A stretch of DNA of 64,000 nt from Candidatus Dormiibacterota bacterium (GTDB lineage: Bacteria; Chloroflexota; Dormibacteria; Aeolococcales; Bog-877): positions 320,214 through 384,213 of the forward strand of contig CAWDQV010000001.1 in NCBI GenBank assembly GCA_963804565.1, given 5' to 3'. Of this stretch, positions 1 through 11,068 are shown piece by piece. The notes below the pieces were generated by a model. The model was not told where the DNA came from. It did not search any database and saw nothing but the letters and a program-made list of their open reading frames with translations. The position numbers and the translations under genes were made by a program. Within the stretch, counting starts at the first letter, position 1; the number at the start of each line of letters is the position of its first letter.

Positions 1-1470
<1,470 letters not shown>

Positions 1471-1608
1471 GGGCTAAAGTTCTCCAGGCAAGCGCGGACA
1501 TAAGGTGAACTTCACAGGTGGCGGAACGGAAATTCTTACCACATGTGCGACGACGCTCGCGGGCGCCCTTGGCCCCGCTCGAGTCCCCTCAGCGGGGAGA
1601 TTAGCTCA

Positions 1609-1991
1609 CTATTTGATTTCAGCTGTGGCGCCAGCCTCCTGAATCTTCTTGGCGACCGCCTCGGCCTCCTCCCGGTTGACCCCTTCCTTGACCGCCTTGG
1701 GCGCGCTATCGACCACGTCCTTGGCCTCCTTCAAGCCCAGTCCGGTGATCTCCCGGACCGCCTTGATTGCCGCGATCTTCTGGTCGCCTGCCGCCGTCAG
1801 GATGACCGAGAACTCGGTCTGCTCCTCGACCGCCGCCTCGCCAGCCGGGGTGCCGCCACCGCAACCGCCGCGACCGGGGCCGCCGCGGTGATCCCGTAGG
1901 TCTCCTCGATCTTCTTCTTGGCGTTCACCAGGTCCAGGACCGTCCAGGATCCCAGTGACTCCACGAAGTCGTCCACGCTTACCTTGGCCAA
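1609..1991 (-). CDS. rplL: 50S ribosomal protein L7/L12 (one frameshift)
   Basis: TTG start preceded by GAAGGAG. N-terminus [34 protein letters not shown] (ORF 1797..1991). The C-terminus ..[72 protein letters not shown] reads in another frame and ends at 1609. Length 383 nt is not a multiple of 3. Confidence 0.9.
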
Positions 1992-2606
1992 CTCTGCTTC
2001 TCCTTCATCTCTGCTGTCAAGTTATCTTGAATGGTCCGATCGCTCAGGCAGCGGCCGTCCGCCGACGCTTGCTCCTGGGCGTCTAGCAGTCCGACTAGGT
2101 CTCGGCTCGGCGCGTCAAGGAGCCCAGCCAACTGGGAGATCGGGGCTTCCAGGACGCCAAGCAATTGGGCGATCAGGACCTCCCTGGGCGGTAGGTCGGC
2201 GAGCTGACGCACCTCGGCGGCGTTGAGCAGCTGACCCTCAGCGATGCCGCCACGAACCATGTCGGTTCGCCTGTTGGCCCGGGCGTACTCGATCAGGAGC
2301 CGGGCCGGCGCCGAGATGTCCTCATAGCTGATGGCGATCGCCGTCGGCCCGGTCAACTGGAGGTTCAGCTCGCTGACCCCGGCTTGCTCCCCGGCCCGTC
2401 GGGCCAGGGTGTTCTTCAGCACCAGGTAATCGACCCCCGCCGTTCTCAGCGAGGCTCGCAGCTCCTGCAGTTGGGCCACGGTCAAGCCCGCGATAGTCGC
2501 TGAGCACAGCGCTGCGCATCCGGCCCAGCTTCTCGGCCAGGTCTGCGACCTGTTGCTGCTTGGCCTCAGGGATCACGGCCGCCCCGTGCTGGCCCTCGTC
2601 AGTCAT
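1979..2606 (-). CDS. rplJ: 50S ribosomal protein L10 (at least one frameshift; 3' end uncertain)
   Basis: [41 protein letters not shown] (in ORF 2322..2639) continues as [30 protein letters not shown].. (ORF 1979..2485). Position between rplA and rplL. Confidence 0.85.
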
Positions 2607-2792
2607 CTCTGCCTGCACCTCCCGGTTCCCGGGAGCCAACTTCCAGGCATCGACCGGCGACCGCCGAGGCGATCGTCCTGTCGGTAACCTGCGCGGGGTT
2701 CACTTTTGAGCAATATTGCCCCCGCGGTCTTGGGCTCCGTCGGACCGTGCTTGCTGGAACGGACGCTGAGTATACCCGGTGACGGGAGACCC

Positions 2793-3504
2793 TTAGTTGG
2801 AGCTGAGCCGACCCGCCAGCACCGGGTCGAGCTTCACGCTGGGCCCGATCGAGGGCGCCAGATAGGCGGCCCGTATGTAGGCGCCCTTGGCCGCCGACGG
2901 CTTGGCCTTGACGATCGCCTCCAACATCGCGGAGAGGTTCTCGCAGCAAAGCGTCGTCCTCGAAGCTGGTCTTGCCCACCGGGACATGGATGATCCCGTA
3001 CCGGTCGACCCGGAACTCCACCCGGCCCGCCTGGACGTCCCGGATAGCCTTGGCGATGTCGAAGGTCACCGTGCCCGCCTTGGGGTTGGGCATCAGTCCA
3101 CGCGGCCCAAGGACCTTGCCCAGCCTGCCCACCGAGCCCATCAGGTCGGGGGTGGCCAGGGCCACGTCGAAGTCGAGGAAGCCTTCCTGGACACGCTTCA
3201 CCAGGTCCTCGCCGCCGATGATCTCGGCGCCCGCCTCGCGGGCCTCGCGCTCCTTCTCCCCCTGGGCGAAGACCACGATCCGGCGGACCTTGCCGGTGCC
3301 ATGGGGAAGGACCACGCTGCCGCGCACCATCTGGTCGGCGTGGCGGGGGTCGACCCCGAGCCGGGCGTGCAGCTCGACGGTGCCGGGGAAGCTTGGAGGT
3401 GTTGACCGCCTTGACCAGGCGGACCCCCTCCTGGGGTCCACCAGCTCGTACTCCTCCAGCAGCTTGAGCGCGGCCATGTACTTCTTGCCGTGTCGTGCTG
3501 GCAT
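2793..3504 (-). CDS. rplA: 50S ribosomal protein L1 (about three frameshifts)
   Basis: [24 protein letters not shown].. then [47 protein letters not shown] (ORF 2599..3525). C-terminus [39 protein letters not shown] in ORF 2793..2987. Confidence 0.9.
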
Positions 3505-3564
3505 CCGTCTCCTCCCGTGGTCCATGCGGACGCCTCAGGCGTCCTCCCACAGCTGGCTTGCTTG

Positions 3565-3995
3565 CTAGTTGACTACTGTGACGCCCATCGACCGGGCGGT
3601 GCCCTCGACCATCCTCGCCGCGGCCTCCAGCTCGATGGCGTTGACGTCGGGCAGCTTGGTCTTGGCGATGGCCAGGGCCTGCTCACGGGTCAGCTCACCG
3701 GCCTCCTCGCGGGGTGGCTTGGCCGAGCCCTTCTCGATCCCCAGCGCCTTCTTGATCAGGTCCGTGGTCGGGCGGGGTCTTGGTGATGAAGGTGAAGGTG
3801 CGGTCCTCGAAGATGGTGATCTCCGCGGGGATCACCAGACCCGGACTGGGATTCGGTCTGCTCGTTGTAGGCACGGCAGAACTCCATGATGTTCACCTGG
3901 TGCTGGCCCAGCGCCGGCCCAATCGGGTAACCCGGAGTCGCCTTGCCCGCCTCGATGTTGAGGCGAAGCACCGCCTTGACCTTCTTCTTGCCCAC
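3565..3995 (-). CDS. rplK: 50S ribosomal protein L11 (one frameshift)
   Basis: [48 protein letters not shown] (ORF 3756..3995). Hand translation of another frame gives ..[53 protein letters not shown] ending at 3565. Confidence 0.9.
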
Positions 3996-4007
3996 CTACC
4001 AGTACTC

Positions 4008-4568
4008 CTAACGCAGCCGCTCGACCTGCAGCAGGTCGAGCTCGACCGGGGTCTCGCGGCCGAACATGTTGACCATCACCTTGAGCTTGCCCTTCTCGGG
4101 GTTGATCTCGCCGACCTTGCCGTGGAAGTCGGTGAACGGACCATCGACGACTCGGACCGAATCGCCAACCTTGAACTCGACCTGGACCCTGGTCTGCGCT
4201 TCCTTCTCGACCTGATGCAGGATCACTCGAACCTCGGACTCCTGGAGGGGAACCGGCCTGGTGCCCGAGCCGACGAAGCTGGTCACCCCCGGGGTGTTGC
4301 GGACCACGTACCAGGACTCGTCCGACATCACCATCTGGACCAGGATGTAGCCCGGAAAGATCCGCTTGGCAACATGGCGGCGCTGGCCGTCCTTGATCTC
4401 GATGACGTCCTCGGTAGGGACCATGACGTCGAAGATCTTGTCGTGCATGTCCATCGACTCAACTCGCTTCAGCAGGTTGGCCTTGACCTTCTCCTCGTGC
4501 CCGGAGTAGGCATGGATGACGTACCAGCTGGCTGGCTCGGCTGACTCGGTGGTTTTCGCAACGCTCAC
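4008..4568 (-). CDS. nusG: Transcription termination/antitermination factor NusG
   Basis: Intact 186-aa ORF. WYVIHAYSGHEEKV.. NGN domain and C-terminal KOW (FKVGDSVRVVDGPFTDFHGKV). secE-nusG-rplK synteny. Confidence 0.95.
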   Translation of the reverse strand: MSVAKTTESAEPASWYVIHAYSGHEEKVKANLLKRVESMDMHDKIFDVMVPTEDVIEIKDGQRRHVAKRIFPGYILVQMVMSDESWYVVRNTPGVTSFVGSGTRPVPLQESEVRVILHQVEKEAQTRVQVEFKVGDSVRVVDGPFTDFHGKVGEINPEKGKLKVMVNMFGRETPVELDLLQVERLR

Positions 4569-4599
4569 TTCGGGGCTCCCAATCGTTTCATTGTGCGGT

Positions 4600-4854
4600 C
4601 TACGGGCTGGCGCTTGGTGTCGCGGTAGGTGTCGCGCTCGGAGTCGGGGTCGGGGTGACGGTCACGGTCGGGGCCGGGGTGGCGGCCGACGCTACCGGCG
4701 CCGTCGTGTAGAGAGGCTTCAGCAGCGAAGTCAGGCCGAAGTCAAGTAGTCCGAGGAACGCACCCAGCAGGACCACGGTGACGATCACCACTCCGGTCAT
4801 CTGCCGCAGCTCGGGCCAGGTCGGCCAGACCGTCTTGCGCAGCTCGCTCCACAC
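4600..4854 (-). CDS. secE: Preprotein translocase subunit SecE (true start uncertain) with Thr/Pro/Ala-rich tail
   Basis: ..YLRGVWSELRKTVWPTWPELRQMTGVVIVTVVLLGAFLGLLDF matches the SecE core plus its single TM helix. The open frame continues upstream of the GTG at 4854 with no obvious start codon. Position upstream of nusG. Confidence 0.8.
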   Translation of the reverse strand: MWSELRKTVWPTWPELRQMTGVVIVTVVLLGAFLGLLDFGLTSLLKPLYTTAPVASAATPAPTVTVTPTPTPSATPTATPSASP

Positions 4855-4948
4855 CCCGCGGAGATAGCCGCCCTCGCTGGACTCCGGCCCCGGTCGGCCG
4901 GCGCGATGTTCGCCAAATCTAGCTCCTATGCACCTATACCAGGTACCT

Positions 4949-4985
4949 GCAGGGGCGACACGACTCGATCTTGCGACCTGAGGTT
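4949..4985 (-). repeat. Partial copy of the 3' 37 nt of tRNA-Trp (att-like direct repeat)
   Basis: gcaggggcgacacgactcgatcttgcgacctgaggtt versus 6557-6593 gcaggggcgacacgactcgaacgtgcgacctgcggtt. The first 20 nt are identical; 34/37 overall (hand alignment). Confidence 0.75.
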
Positions 4986-5116
4986 CGGCGTTCCGCCCGG
5001 CCTAGTTCGTATGCCCGTCGTTAGCCGGTTTTGAACGTGAAACCCTTCGGTCGGTCTGGCCAGCTTAGGCCCACTTTGGTTATTGGTGACGGTCCCATTC
5101 GCACTCATTTTGGCAG

Positions 5117-5330
5117 TCAGCCAGGTTGAGTAAGGGAAAGGCGTTCGAACCGCTGAGCGGCCGCACGCTTGAGCGAGGGTAGCACTTCGGCATAGGTTCT
5201 CGCTGTGATGGCGATGCTGCAATGGCCTAGCAGCCTGCTTACAGTGGCAGGTCGGACCCGCTGGTGCGCATCAGTCCGCCGACCGCGGGGCCTGGAAGAC
5301 GCGGAGCCGTTCTGCCAACGCCTCACCCTG
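5117..5330 (-). pseudogene. Tyrosine recombinase (phage-type integrase) C-terminal remnant
   Basis: The tail of ORF 5117..5413 reads ..PATVSRLLGHCSIAITARTYAEVLPSLKRAAAQRFE, matching the conserved LLGH-S-ITxxxY catalytic-Tyr end of integrases. Upstream sequence is degenerate and changes frame. No N-terminal or core-binding part is present. Confidence 0.55.
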
Positions 5331-5409
5331 CTCTTCCTGGCGCCTGGCGAGGGTCTAGCGTACCGGTCCCTTGGCCCCCTTCTGGCGCTGACCTGGCCCG
5401 CCCAACGGC

Positions 5410-5799
5410 TCAACCTCCCGCAACGCCGCGCTCAATGCAGAATTCGTTGCCCTCTGGATCGGCTAGGACTACCCATCCGGTTCGGTCGGGTCGGCGGTGA
5501 TCTGCTGCAACCGTCGCTCCGAGCTTGAGGACCCGCTCCACCTCCGCGTCGCGCGATTCCGGGCTAGAGTCCGCCGGCGCCAGGTCCAGGTGGACTCGGT
5601 TCTTCACCTGTTTCGACTCGGGGACTCTCATGAGGAGCATCCTGGCCGACCCATCGGGCGCGACAAGCAGCGCTTCGTCGTCCTGAGGGAGATTCGGATT
5701 ACCGGCGTCCTCGTGGTAGCCGATCACTTCAGTCCAGAATTGCGCCAGGCGATATGGGTCGCTGCAGTCCATGGTTATGGTGCGGATTCGAAGAGCCAT
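5410..5799 (-). CDS. VOC / glyoxalase-like domain protein
   Basis: 129-aa ORF. MALRIRTITMDCSDPYRLAQFWTEVIGY..RVHLDLAP..GWVVLADPEGNEFCI is typical of the glyoxalase-like (VOC) family. Confidence 0.8.
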   Translation of the reverse strand: MALRIRTITMDCSDPYRLAQFWTEVIGYHEDAGNPNLPQDDEALLVAPDGSARMLLMRVPESKQVKNRVHLDLAPADSSPESRDAEVERVLKLGATVAADHRRPDRTGWVVLADPEGNEFCIERGVAGG

Positions 5800-6322
5800 C
5801 TGTTGATCTCACTCCTGCGTGATTGGGGGCGGCATGCGCCGGTCGCCGCCGACTTGACGGCTGGGCGTCGCGCGACTCGTCGATCGGCAAATCGGCGTCA
5901 CGCAGTCGCGCGTGGTCACTCGGGTCCGGTCTCCACGCCCCCCGTGCCTAGACGCCCAGGATCTCTAACTGGGCCGTCTGTAGTGCTCAACTGAGCGGAG
6001 CGTGCTCACGCACTGGGATGCGACGAGCTGGGCAGAACATCACGATCCATACTCACACCTCTCCGCATCCGGAGGAGTCCCTCGCCTAGAGGATGCTTCT
6101 AACGCCGTCCATCGACGGCAATCCAGGGCAGGGTACCAGCGGTGCCGACCAGCCGCAATCGAAAGTGACTAGCGACGGACCCGCTTGCGTTGCGCCGGCT
6201 CCCCGGTCGGGGACCGCAGCGCCGGCTGGGAAGCCGGCCTGGTAGCCAGCAGCGAGTTCGGCACGTCCGGATCGGCGGCGCGGGGGCCGTGGTCACCACC
6301 GTCATCAGTCTCGCCCTGCCAA

Positions 6323-6353
6323 CTCTGACATTGCGGCGGCGGCGATGTCAGAG
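6323..6353. repeat. Perfect 9-bp inverted repeat with 13-nt spacer in non-coding DNA
   Basis: ctctgacat-tgcggcggcggcg-atgtcagag read directly. It lies in about 750 bp with no convincing ORF between the VOC gene and tRNA-Trp. Confidence 0.6.
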
Positions 6354-6557
6354 TGAGCGACTCTGGCCACTGTTGCCCTCAACTGGGCCAATACAGCGGT
6401 TCTAGGGCCACGGACCACGTAAGGCGTTCCAGCGAGTCAAACCTGGGACGCCGCGCGATCAAACGGCGCGCGGCCTCGCCGGTAGGAGGCGGCAAATCCG
6501 CATTTTGGGCCTAGTGGCGGGGGTGCCTAGACCACCTACTTGATCTGAGCTCGGGAG

Positions 6558-6630
6558 CAGGGGCGACACGACTCGAACGTGCGACCTGCGGTTTTGGAGA
6601 CCGCTGCTCTACCAGCTGAGCTACGCCCCT
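6558..6630 (-). tRNA. tRNA-Trp (anticodon CCA)
   Basis: Reverse complement AGGGGCG-TA-GCTC-AGCTGGTA-GAGC-A-GCGGT-CTCCAAA-ACCGC-AGGTC-GCACG-TTCGAGT-CGTGT-CGCCCCT-G folds as a 73-nt cloverleaf. CCA is not encoded. Confidence 0.93.
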
Positions 6631-6639
6631 TTGAGTCCC

Positions 6640-6798
6640 CTACTTGGTCTCGCGATGAGCCGTGTGCTGGCGACAGCGTCGGCAGTACTTCCGCAACTCC
6701 AACCGGTCGGGATCATTCCGCTTGTTCTTCTCGGTGGTGTAGTTGCGCTCGTGGCACTGACCGCACTGCAGGGTGATTATCGTGGCGGGCAAGGTCAA
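6640..6798 (-). CDS. rpmG: 50S ribosomal protein L33 (zinc-ribbon type); too short for the ORF track
   Basis: Hand translation: (TTG)[51 protein letters not shown]. 53 codons with CxxC..CxxC. Classical rpmG-tRNA-Trp-secE neighbourhood. Confidence 0.85.
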   Translation of the reverse strand: MTLPATIITLQCGQCHERNYTTEKNKRNDPDRLELRKYCRRCRQHTAHRETK

Positions 6799-7099
6799 AG
6801 TCTCCAGACAAAAACGCCCGGCCGAGCCGAGCTGGGCTGAGTATAGCCGCCGAACGAGAACCGGTCAAACCGACACCGTCTGCGGAGCTCCGGGGCCCAG
6901 GCCGGGACTGCGGGCTCTCTCCGTACCCGAGCCGCGGGGAGAAGGGAAAGGTCTCTTCGCAACCGAACAGGAGAGGCCGTCCGAACATGCCATCTGTGAA
7001 GGCGCTTACGCTCTTCCAAGGTCGCCCAAACCAGTGCCTCTGGTGAGTTCCCTGCCCACCTCACCGGATGACTCGCGACCGCGGGCCAACTTTGCTCCA

Positions 7100-7630
7100 A
7101 TGCGGAATATGATCAGCCGCATAGTGCTTGACCCGACTGCGCTCACGACTGGTGCCTTCACCCTCGGCGGGGCAGCAGTCGGATTCGCCGGAGGGGCGGC
7201 CAACCAGGTAGTGCGCACGAGGCAGGAGCGAGCGGCGAGAGCCGAGGCTCGACAGGAACTCCGCGAAGACGGCCGACGGCAGTCGCTGATCAACTTCGAG
7301 GAAGCGCTGGTGCTCTACGTCGGAACTGTATGGCGTATCCACCAGGCGGACTTCATCGCGGCCAAGGGCAGCGCGGTCTGGGGTCGCCCGGGCCGGGCAC
7401 ACAACCTCAACCTCGAGCTGCTGGAGTGCGCCCGGCGCGCCCGCCAACGCTCGGAATGGATCGTCGACGACGACCTCCGAGAGCGGTTTGGAGCTTTGGA
7501 CCGGCATGTGTCGATCGGACTCCGACGGCTTGCTTCGGAGGCTGCCGCCGAGCGATTCGAGGCGAAGCTGAACACGCTCTTCAAGCTGACCGACGAGCGA
7601 CTGGGACAACTGCTCCGTCCCCTGCTGTGA
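7100..7630 (+). CDS. Hypothetical protein, N-terminal TM helix plus charged helical domain
   Basis: Internal ATG of ORF 6773..7630. MRNMISRIVLDPTALTTGAFTLGGAAVGFAGGAANQVV then an Arg/Glu-rich helical sequence. I do not recognise a family. Confidence 0.5.
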   Translation: MRNMISRIVLDPTALTTGAFTLGGAAVGFAGGAANQVVRTRQERAARAEARQELREDGRRQSLINFEEALVLYVGTVWRIHQADFIAAKGSAVWGRPGRAHNLNLELLECARRARQRSEWIVDDDLRERFGALDRHVSIGLRRLASEAAAERFEAKLNTLFKLTDERLGQLLRPLL

Positions 7631-7748
7631 GCCCTCCGCACCGGCAGAGCTGACTGCCACTCGACGATCGGGGTCGACTTCCGGTGTTCCGCGGCGGGGG
7701 CACCTAGCCGATGCCCGAACAATCGAGCGAGTTCCCTGGGCGCTTGTG

Positions 7749-8243
7749 CTAGGCGGCCTCGGCGCTATGCGCTTCCCGGGGACGGCTGAAGACCACTCTC
7801 TGATAGACGATGAACTTGGCCACCCAGAGGACAGCGTAAGTGCCGATATAGGCGGCCCCGACCACGACCACGTGGGCGACGTGGCCACTGGGCGAGTGGG
7901 CCGCGGCAAGACTGGTGCCGGCAGTGGATACGACCAAGCTGACCACCGACGTCGCCCAGTAGAGCCCCACCTGGCGAGCGGCCCCGCTGCGATCCGCCTC
8001 CGGCCAAATCCAGTAGCGGCTCAGGAGGTACGAAGGAACCGCTCCCGCCAAGTTGGCGATCACGGACGCCCCGGTCGCACCCAGCAGCCCGGTGGAGTAC
8101 GAGACCAGCAAGGTCGCCTCGCTGATCCCTGTGGCCACACCGGAGGTGAAGGTATAGCGAAGCACCTTCTGAGCCCTCGGGGTTCTGATCAGGCGTAAGG
8201 CCTGCCGCACGCGGGATTGGGGAGACGCTAGCGGGCTCTCCAT
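7749..8243 (-). CDS. GtrA-like membrane protein
   Basis: From MESPLASPQSRVRQALRLIRTPRAQKVLRYTFTSGVATGISEATLLV..LLSRYWIWP..: four hydrophobic segments and the RY-F..G / SRYW.. pattern of the GtrA family. The longer 235-aa ORF start looks spurious. Confidence 0.7.
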   Translation of the reverse strand: MESPLASPQSRVRQALRLIRTPRAQKVLRYTFTSGVATGISEATLLVSYSTGLLGATGASVIANLAGAVPSYLLSRYWIWPEADRSGAARQVGLYWATSVVSLVVSTAGTSLAAAHSPSGHVAHVVVVGAAYIGTYAVLWVAKFIVYQRVVFSRPREAHSAEAA

Positions 8244-8587
8244 CGCCGGCGACGCTGCGCCTGGGCGGGGATGCGCCGTCTGGGGGCCCGGAAGCAGGTC
8301 CGTACCTTGCAATGTCACCTCCCCAGCCTCCCACACAGACCTGTGCTCTTCCTGAGAGCCGATCGCCACGATCGGGATACCGTGCGCGATCCCCGACATC
8401 ACCGCGCGGGCGATGATAATCCACCGCCCCCAGCGGACCTCTTGGGTGCAGACCACCCCTTAGCAGAGGGGAACCTCGCGACGGCCCCACGCGAGCGCGG
8501 CATTCGCAACCCCATGAGGAGTGCCCGCGCCCCTGTTGGGATGTGCAGGACGGATCTGCCTAGACTCCCATTTAGTGGACTTCCGTC

Positions 8588-9196
8588 GTGTCGCGACCCG
8601 CCGGCGGTATCGCTTCCAAGCCCGCCGTTGTTCGTTTGCCGTGGTGCGTCCGAAACGCACCACTCCTCGGAACTGCCCGGTCGCGCGGTCGGGTCGACTC
8701 TATCGGGTCACGAGCCGACGGACGGGAATTCGCGGTGTCGGCTAGCGGGATCAACTCCGGGTGGCGTGGCGGCGTCGGCCGCAGCAAGATCCGCAGGGTC
8801 CGGCCGATCCTCGAGCCGCTGATCGGTGAACGAGCATTTCACGCCTGCGTGAGGGCCCAGCGCTTCGCAAGGTTCCTCATTTTTCCCTTCGCCCTCGGCG
8901 TGGGGGCCGTCGTCGCCTCCGTGTTCACGAGGGAAACGGTGCAACCTTTCTTGGCCTGCGTCTGGGGAGCATGCGTCGTCTATTGCCTGGTCGGGCTCCC
9001 TTTCCTGATCTTCTGGGTTAGGCGGTCATCCCGCCTCGCCAGTCGAAAACTGAGCGACGAACTGGGGTACCCAATCCGGATTCGGGGCGTGGGCGGCTCG
9101 CTGGATGTAGAGGTGTGGCGTAGGCAGGTCGACCGGGCGCTGAGGAGGTACAGGGATCGCCACCCGGTGCCTCAGCGCGAGGCCGGCCCCGGCTAG
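8588..9196 (+). CDS. Hypothetical membrane protein (start very uncertain, possibly about 8850)
   Basis: Only the C-terminal ~115 aa look protein-like: two TM helices (FLIFPFALGVGAVVASVF, ACVWGACVVYCLVGLPFLIFWV) then a basic tail. Confidence 0.3.
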   Translation: MSRPAGGIASKPAVVRLPWCVRNAPLLGTARSRGRVDSIGSRADGREFAVSASGINSGWRGGVGRSKIRRVRPILEPLIGERAFHACVRAQRFARFLIFPFALGVGAVVASVFTRETVQPFLACVWGACVVYCLVGLPFLIFWVRRSSRLASRKLSDELGYPIRIRGVGGSLDVEVWRRQVDRALRRYRDRHPVPQREAGPG

Positions 9197-9333
9197 GAAC
9201 CAGGTGGTCTAGCCGAAACTGGGCGGTGATTGTGGCTGAGCGAGACCCGCGGTCCGATGTCGCTGGCGCCGGCGCCGGAACGTTAGACGCGGCCAGCCTC
9301 TCCGATCCGGAACCCTTCAGGTCGACTCCCACT

Positions 9334-9945
9334 TCAGTTCGCAGCGCTGCAGGAGTAGGGACTGCTGACGTATGCCTTCACCGAGGCTGGGGTGTAGGGC
9401 GCACCCTCGTCCACCAGTGAGAGAAACATGCTCACAACTGGCGCGTTCGACGCTTTTAGCTTGGTTGCCAAGGTCGTCGTCGCGATCTTGATAGTGATTA
9501 GCCCCGCGGATGACGGGGAGCCCAGCCCAGGGATCGCACCCACGATCGAGCTATGAACCAGCACCCAAGCGCAGCCCGGGTCGACCTCCTTCCACAGGAC
9601 CTGCCTGTCGTTGGGGAGCTGCTTGATCGCGGCCTTCTCGGCCGAGGCGAGAGAGGTGTGGTCGGGCAACCAGATGATGAGGTCCGACACGTGGCCCCCG
9701 GTTTGGGCTTCGATCAGGTATCGGCAGCCAGCGCGGTTGTCGTTCTCGGACGAGTGGGAGGCCCAGCCGTAGCAGGTGTCCTTTGGGAACTTGGCGCTTC
9801 CGTGCTTTGTGATCATCTTGTGCGCCGAATTCCATGCCGAAATGGTGGCCCCGTAGCCGGTCACTGACGGGCCCTGAGCCGCCTCCACTGTGGCCGGCGC
9901 AGAGACCGCGACCAGCGCCAAGGCGATAGCGACGACGGCCTTCAC
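9334..9945 (-). CDS. Secreted hypothetical protein (signal peptide)
   Basis: MKAVVAIALALVAVSAPATVEAAQG signal peptide, several Cys. No family recognised. Locally lower GC by eye. Confidence 0.6.
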   Translation of the reverse strand: MKAVVAIALALVAVSAPATVEAAQGPSVTGYGATISAWNSAHKMITKHGSAKFPKDTCYGWASHSSENDNRAGCRYLIEAQTGGHVSDLIIWLPDHTSLASAEKAAIKQLPNDRQVLWKEVDPGCAWVLVHSSIVGAIPGLGSPSSAGLITIKIATTTLATKLKASNAPVVSMFLSLVDEGAPYTPASVKAYVSSPYSCSAAN

Positions 9946-10325
9946 GATACGACCCTCAGTTGGCGATAGCGCCGAGAAGTCGGCCCGCTGCCTCGTTCTC
10001 TGGAGCTCTACTTGGAGTCAATCCCACCTTCCTCCATCCCTTCACTGTCTCGGGCCGACCAACCGCCTCCGTCTCCCGCTCGCGCCCCCCTCCGCCGACT
10101 CGACGAGGCGCGATCGCCCCGGATCGTAACCTCAGTGTCGGCGCCCCGGCCTGCAAGCTACTCGGAGCACGATCCGTGCCTCCACCGCGCCACCCATAGA
10201 AGGTACCGTCGGATGTGTCCGGCGGAGCTCCTCGAGCCAGCTGTGCTCCGAGTGTGCGAGATCGGTCGGAGCGCTCGAGGGACTATCGTTTCGCTACCTA
10301 TACGACTGGGATCTGGGGGGACCAC

Positions 10326-10835
10326 ATGGGTCGTTGGGCGATGTCGCTAGTCACCGCGAGCTTCGCTGCGAGCCTGATTGTCGCGGGATGCGGCCACAGC
10401 GAGCCGAGCGTGACCCCTAGCCCTAGGCGGTCCGCCAACCCCTCGCCGACGGCGCTCACCGTCGGTGAGGCGGGCGAGGTCTACCTGGGTGCGGTCGGCC
10501 CTCGCAACATAGCGGCCAAAACCTTCAACCAACAGGTTCAGAGCTGGACACCATCGACCAGCAACGCACTGGCTGTGGCTGAGGCGGCAGTGCTGGTCAC
10601 TGCCGATCGTAAGTTCGCCACAATTCTCGAGGACGCGCGGTGGCCGGCGGTCGCTGCAGGGGGCATCCAGTCGCTGGGTCTCAACATCACCCAAGCCATC
10701 CAAAGCCTGGAGACCCTATCCACCCTCAACTTTGCCGATGTGTCCACGTGGGTTCACAACTTCGACGCCATCTTGAATGCCGGAACCGCTGACGCGGACG
10801 CCATTCGTCACGACCTAGACCTACCTCCGGCCTAG
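10326..10835 (+). CDS. Hypothetical lipoprotein
   Basis: ATG at 10326. MGRWAMSLVTASFAASLIVAGCGH carries a lipobox (IVAGC). The remainder is helical and Ala-rich. Confidence 0.65.
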   Translation: MGRWAMSLVTASFAASLIVAGCGHSEPSVTPSPRRSANPSPTALTVGEAGEVYLGAVGPRNIAAKTFNQQVQSWTPSTSNALAVAEAAVLVTADRKFATILEDARWPAVAAGGIQSLGLNITQAIQSLETLSTLNFADVSTWVHNFDAILNAGTADADAIRHDLDLPPA

Positions 10836-10867
10836 CGCGGACTCGCTCCCCTCCCCCGTCTACATCT

Positions 10868-11062
10868 TCAGGCGGTGGGCGGCCGGCCCCGCTTGGGCAG
10901 TGGCCTAGCTTTCTTCGGCATTCTCCCGGCGCTATCAAGGGCTCGGCGCAGCAGCATCTCGATCTGCGCATTAAGGCTGCGGAACTCATCGGCCGCCCAC
11001 TGCGCCAGGGCATCGTGGACGGCCGGATCCATTCGTAGCAGTACCTGCTTGCGGTCAACCAC
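10868..11062 (-). CDS. Ribbon-helix-helix (Arc/CopG-type) DNA-binding protein
   Basis: MVDRKQVLLRMDPAVHDALAQWAADEFRSLNAQIEMLLRRALDSAG.. shows the beta-strand/helix/helix pattern with RSLN..IE.LL typical of RHH proteins. Starts 7 nt downstream of the SPFH gene. Confidence 0.65.
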   Translation of the reverse strand: MVDRKQVLLRMDPAVHDALAQWAADEFRSLNAQIEMLLRRALDSAGRMPKKARPLPKRGRPPTA

Positions 11063-11068
11063 GGATTA

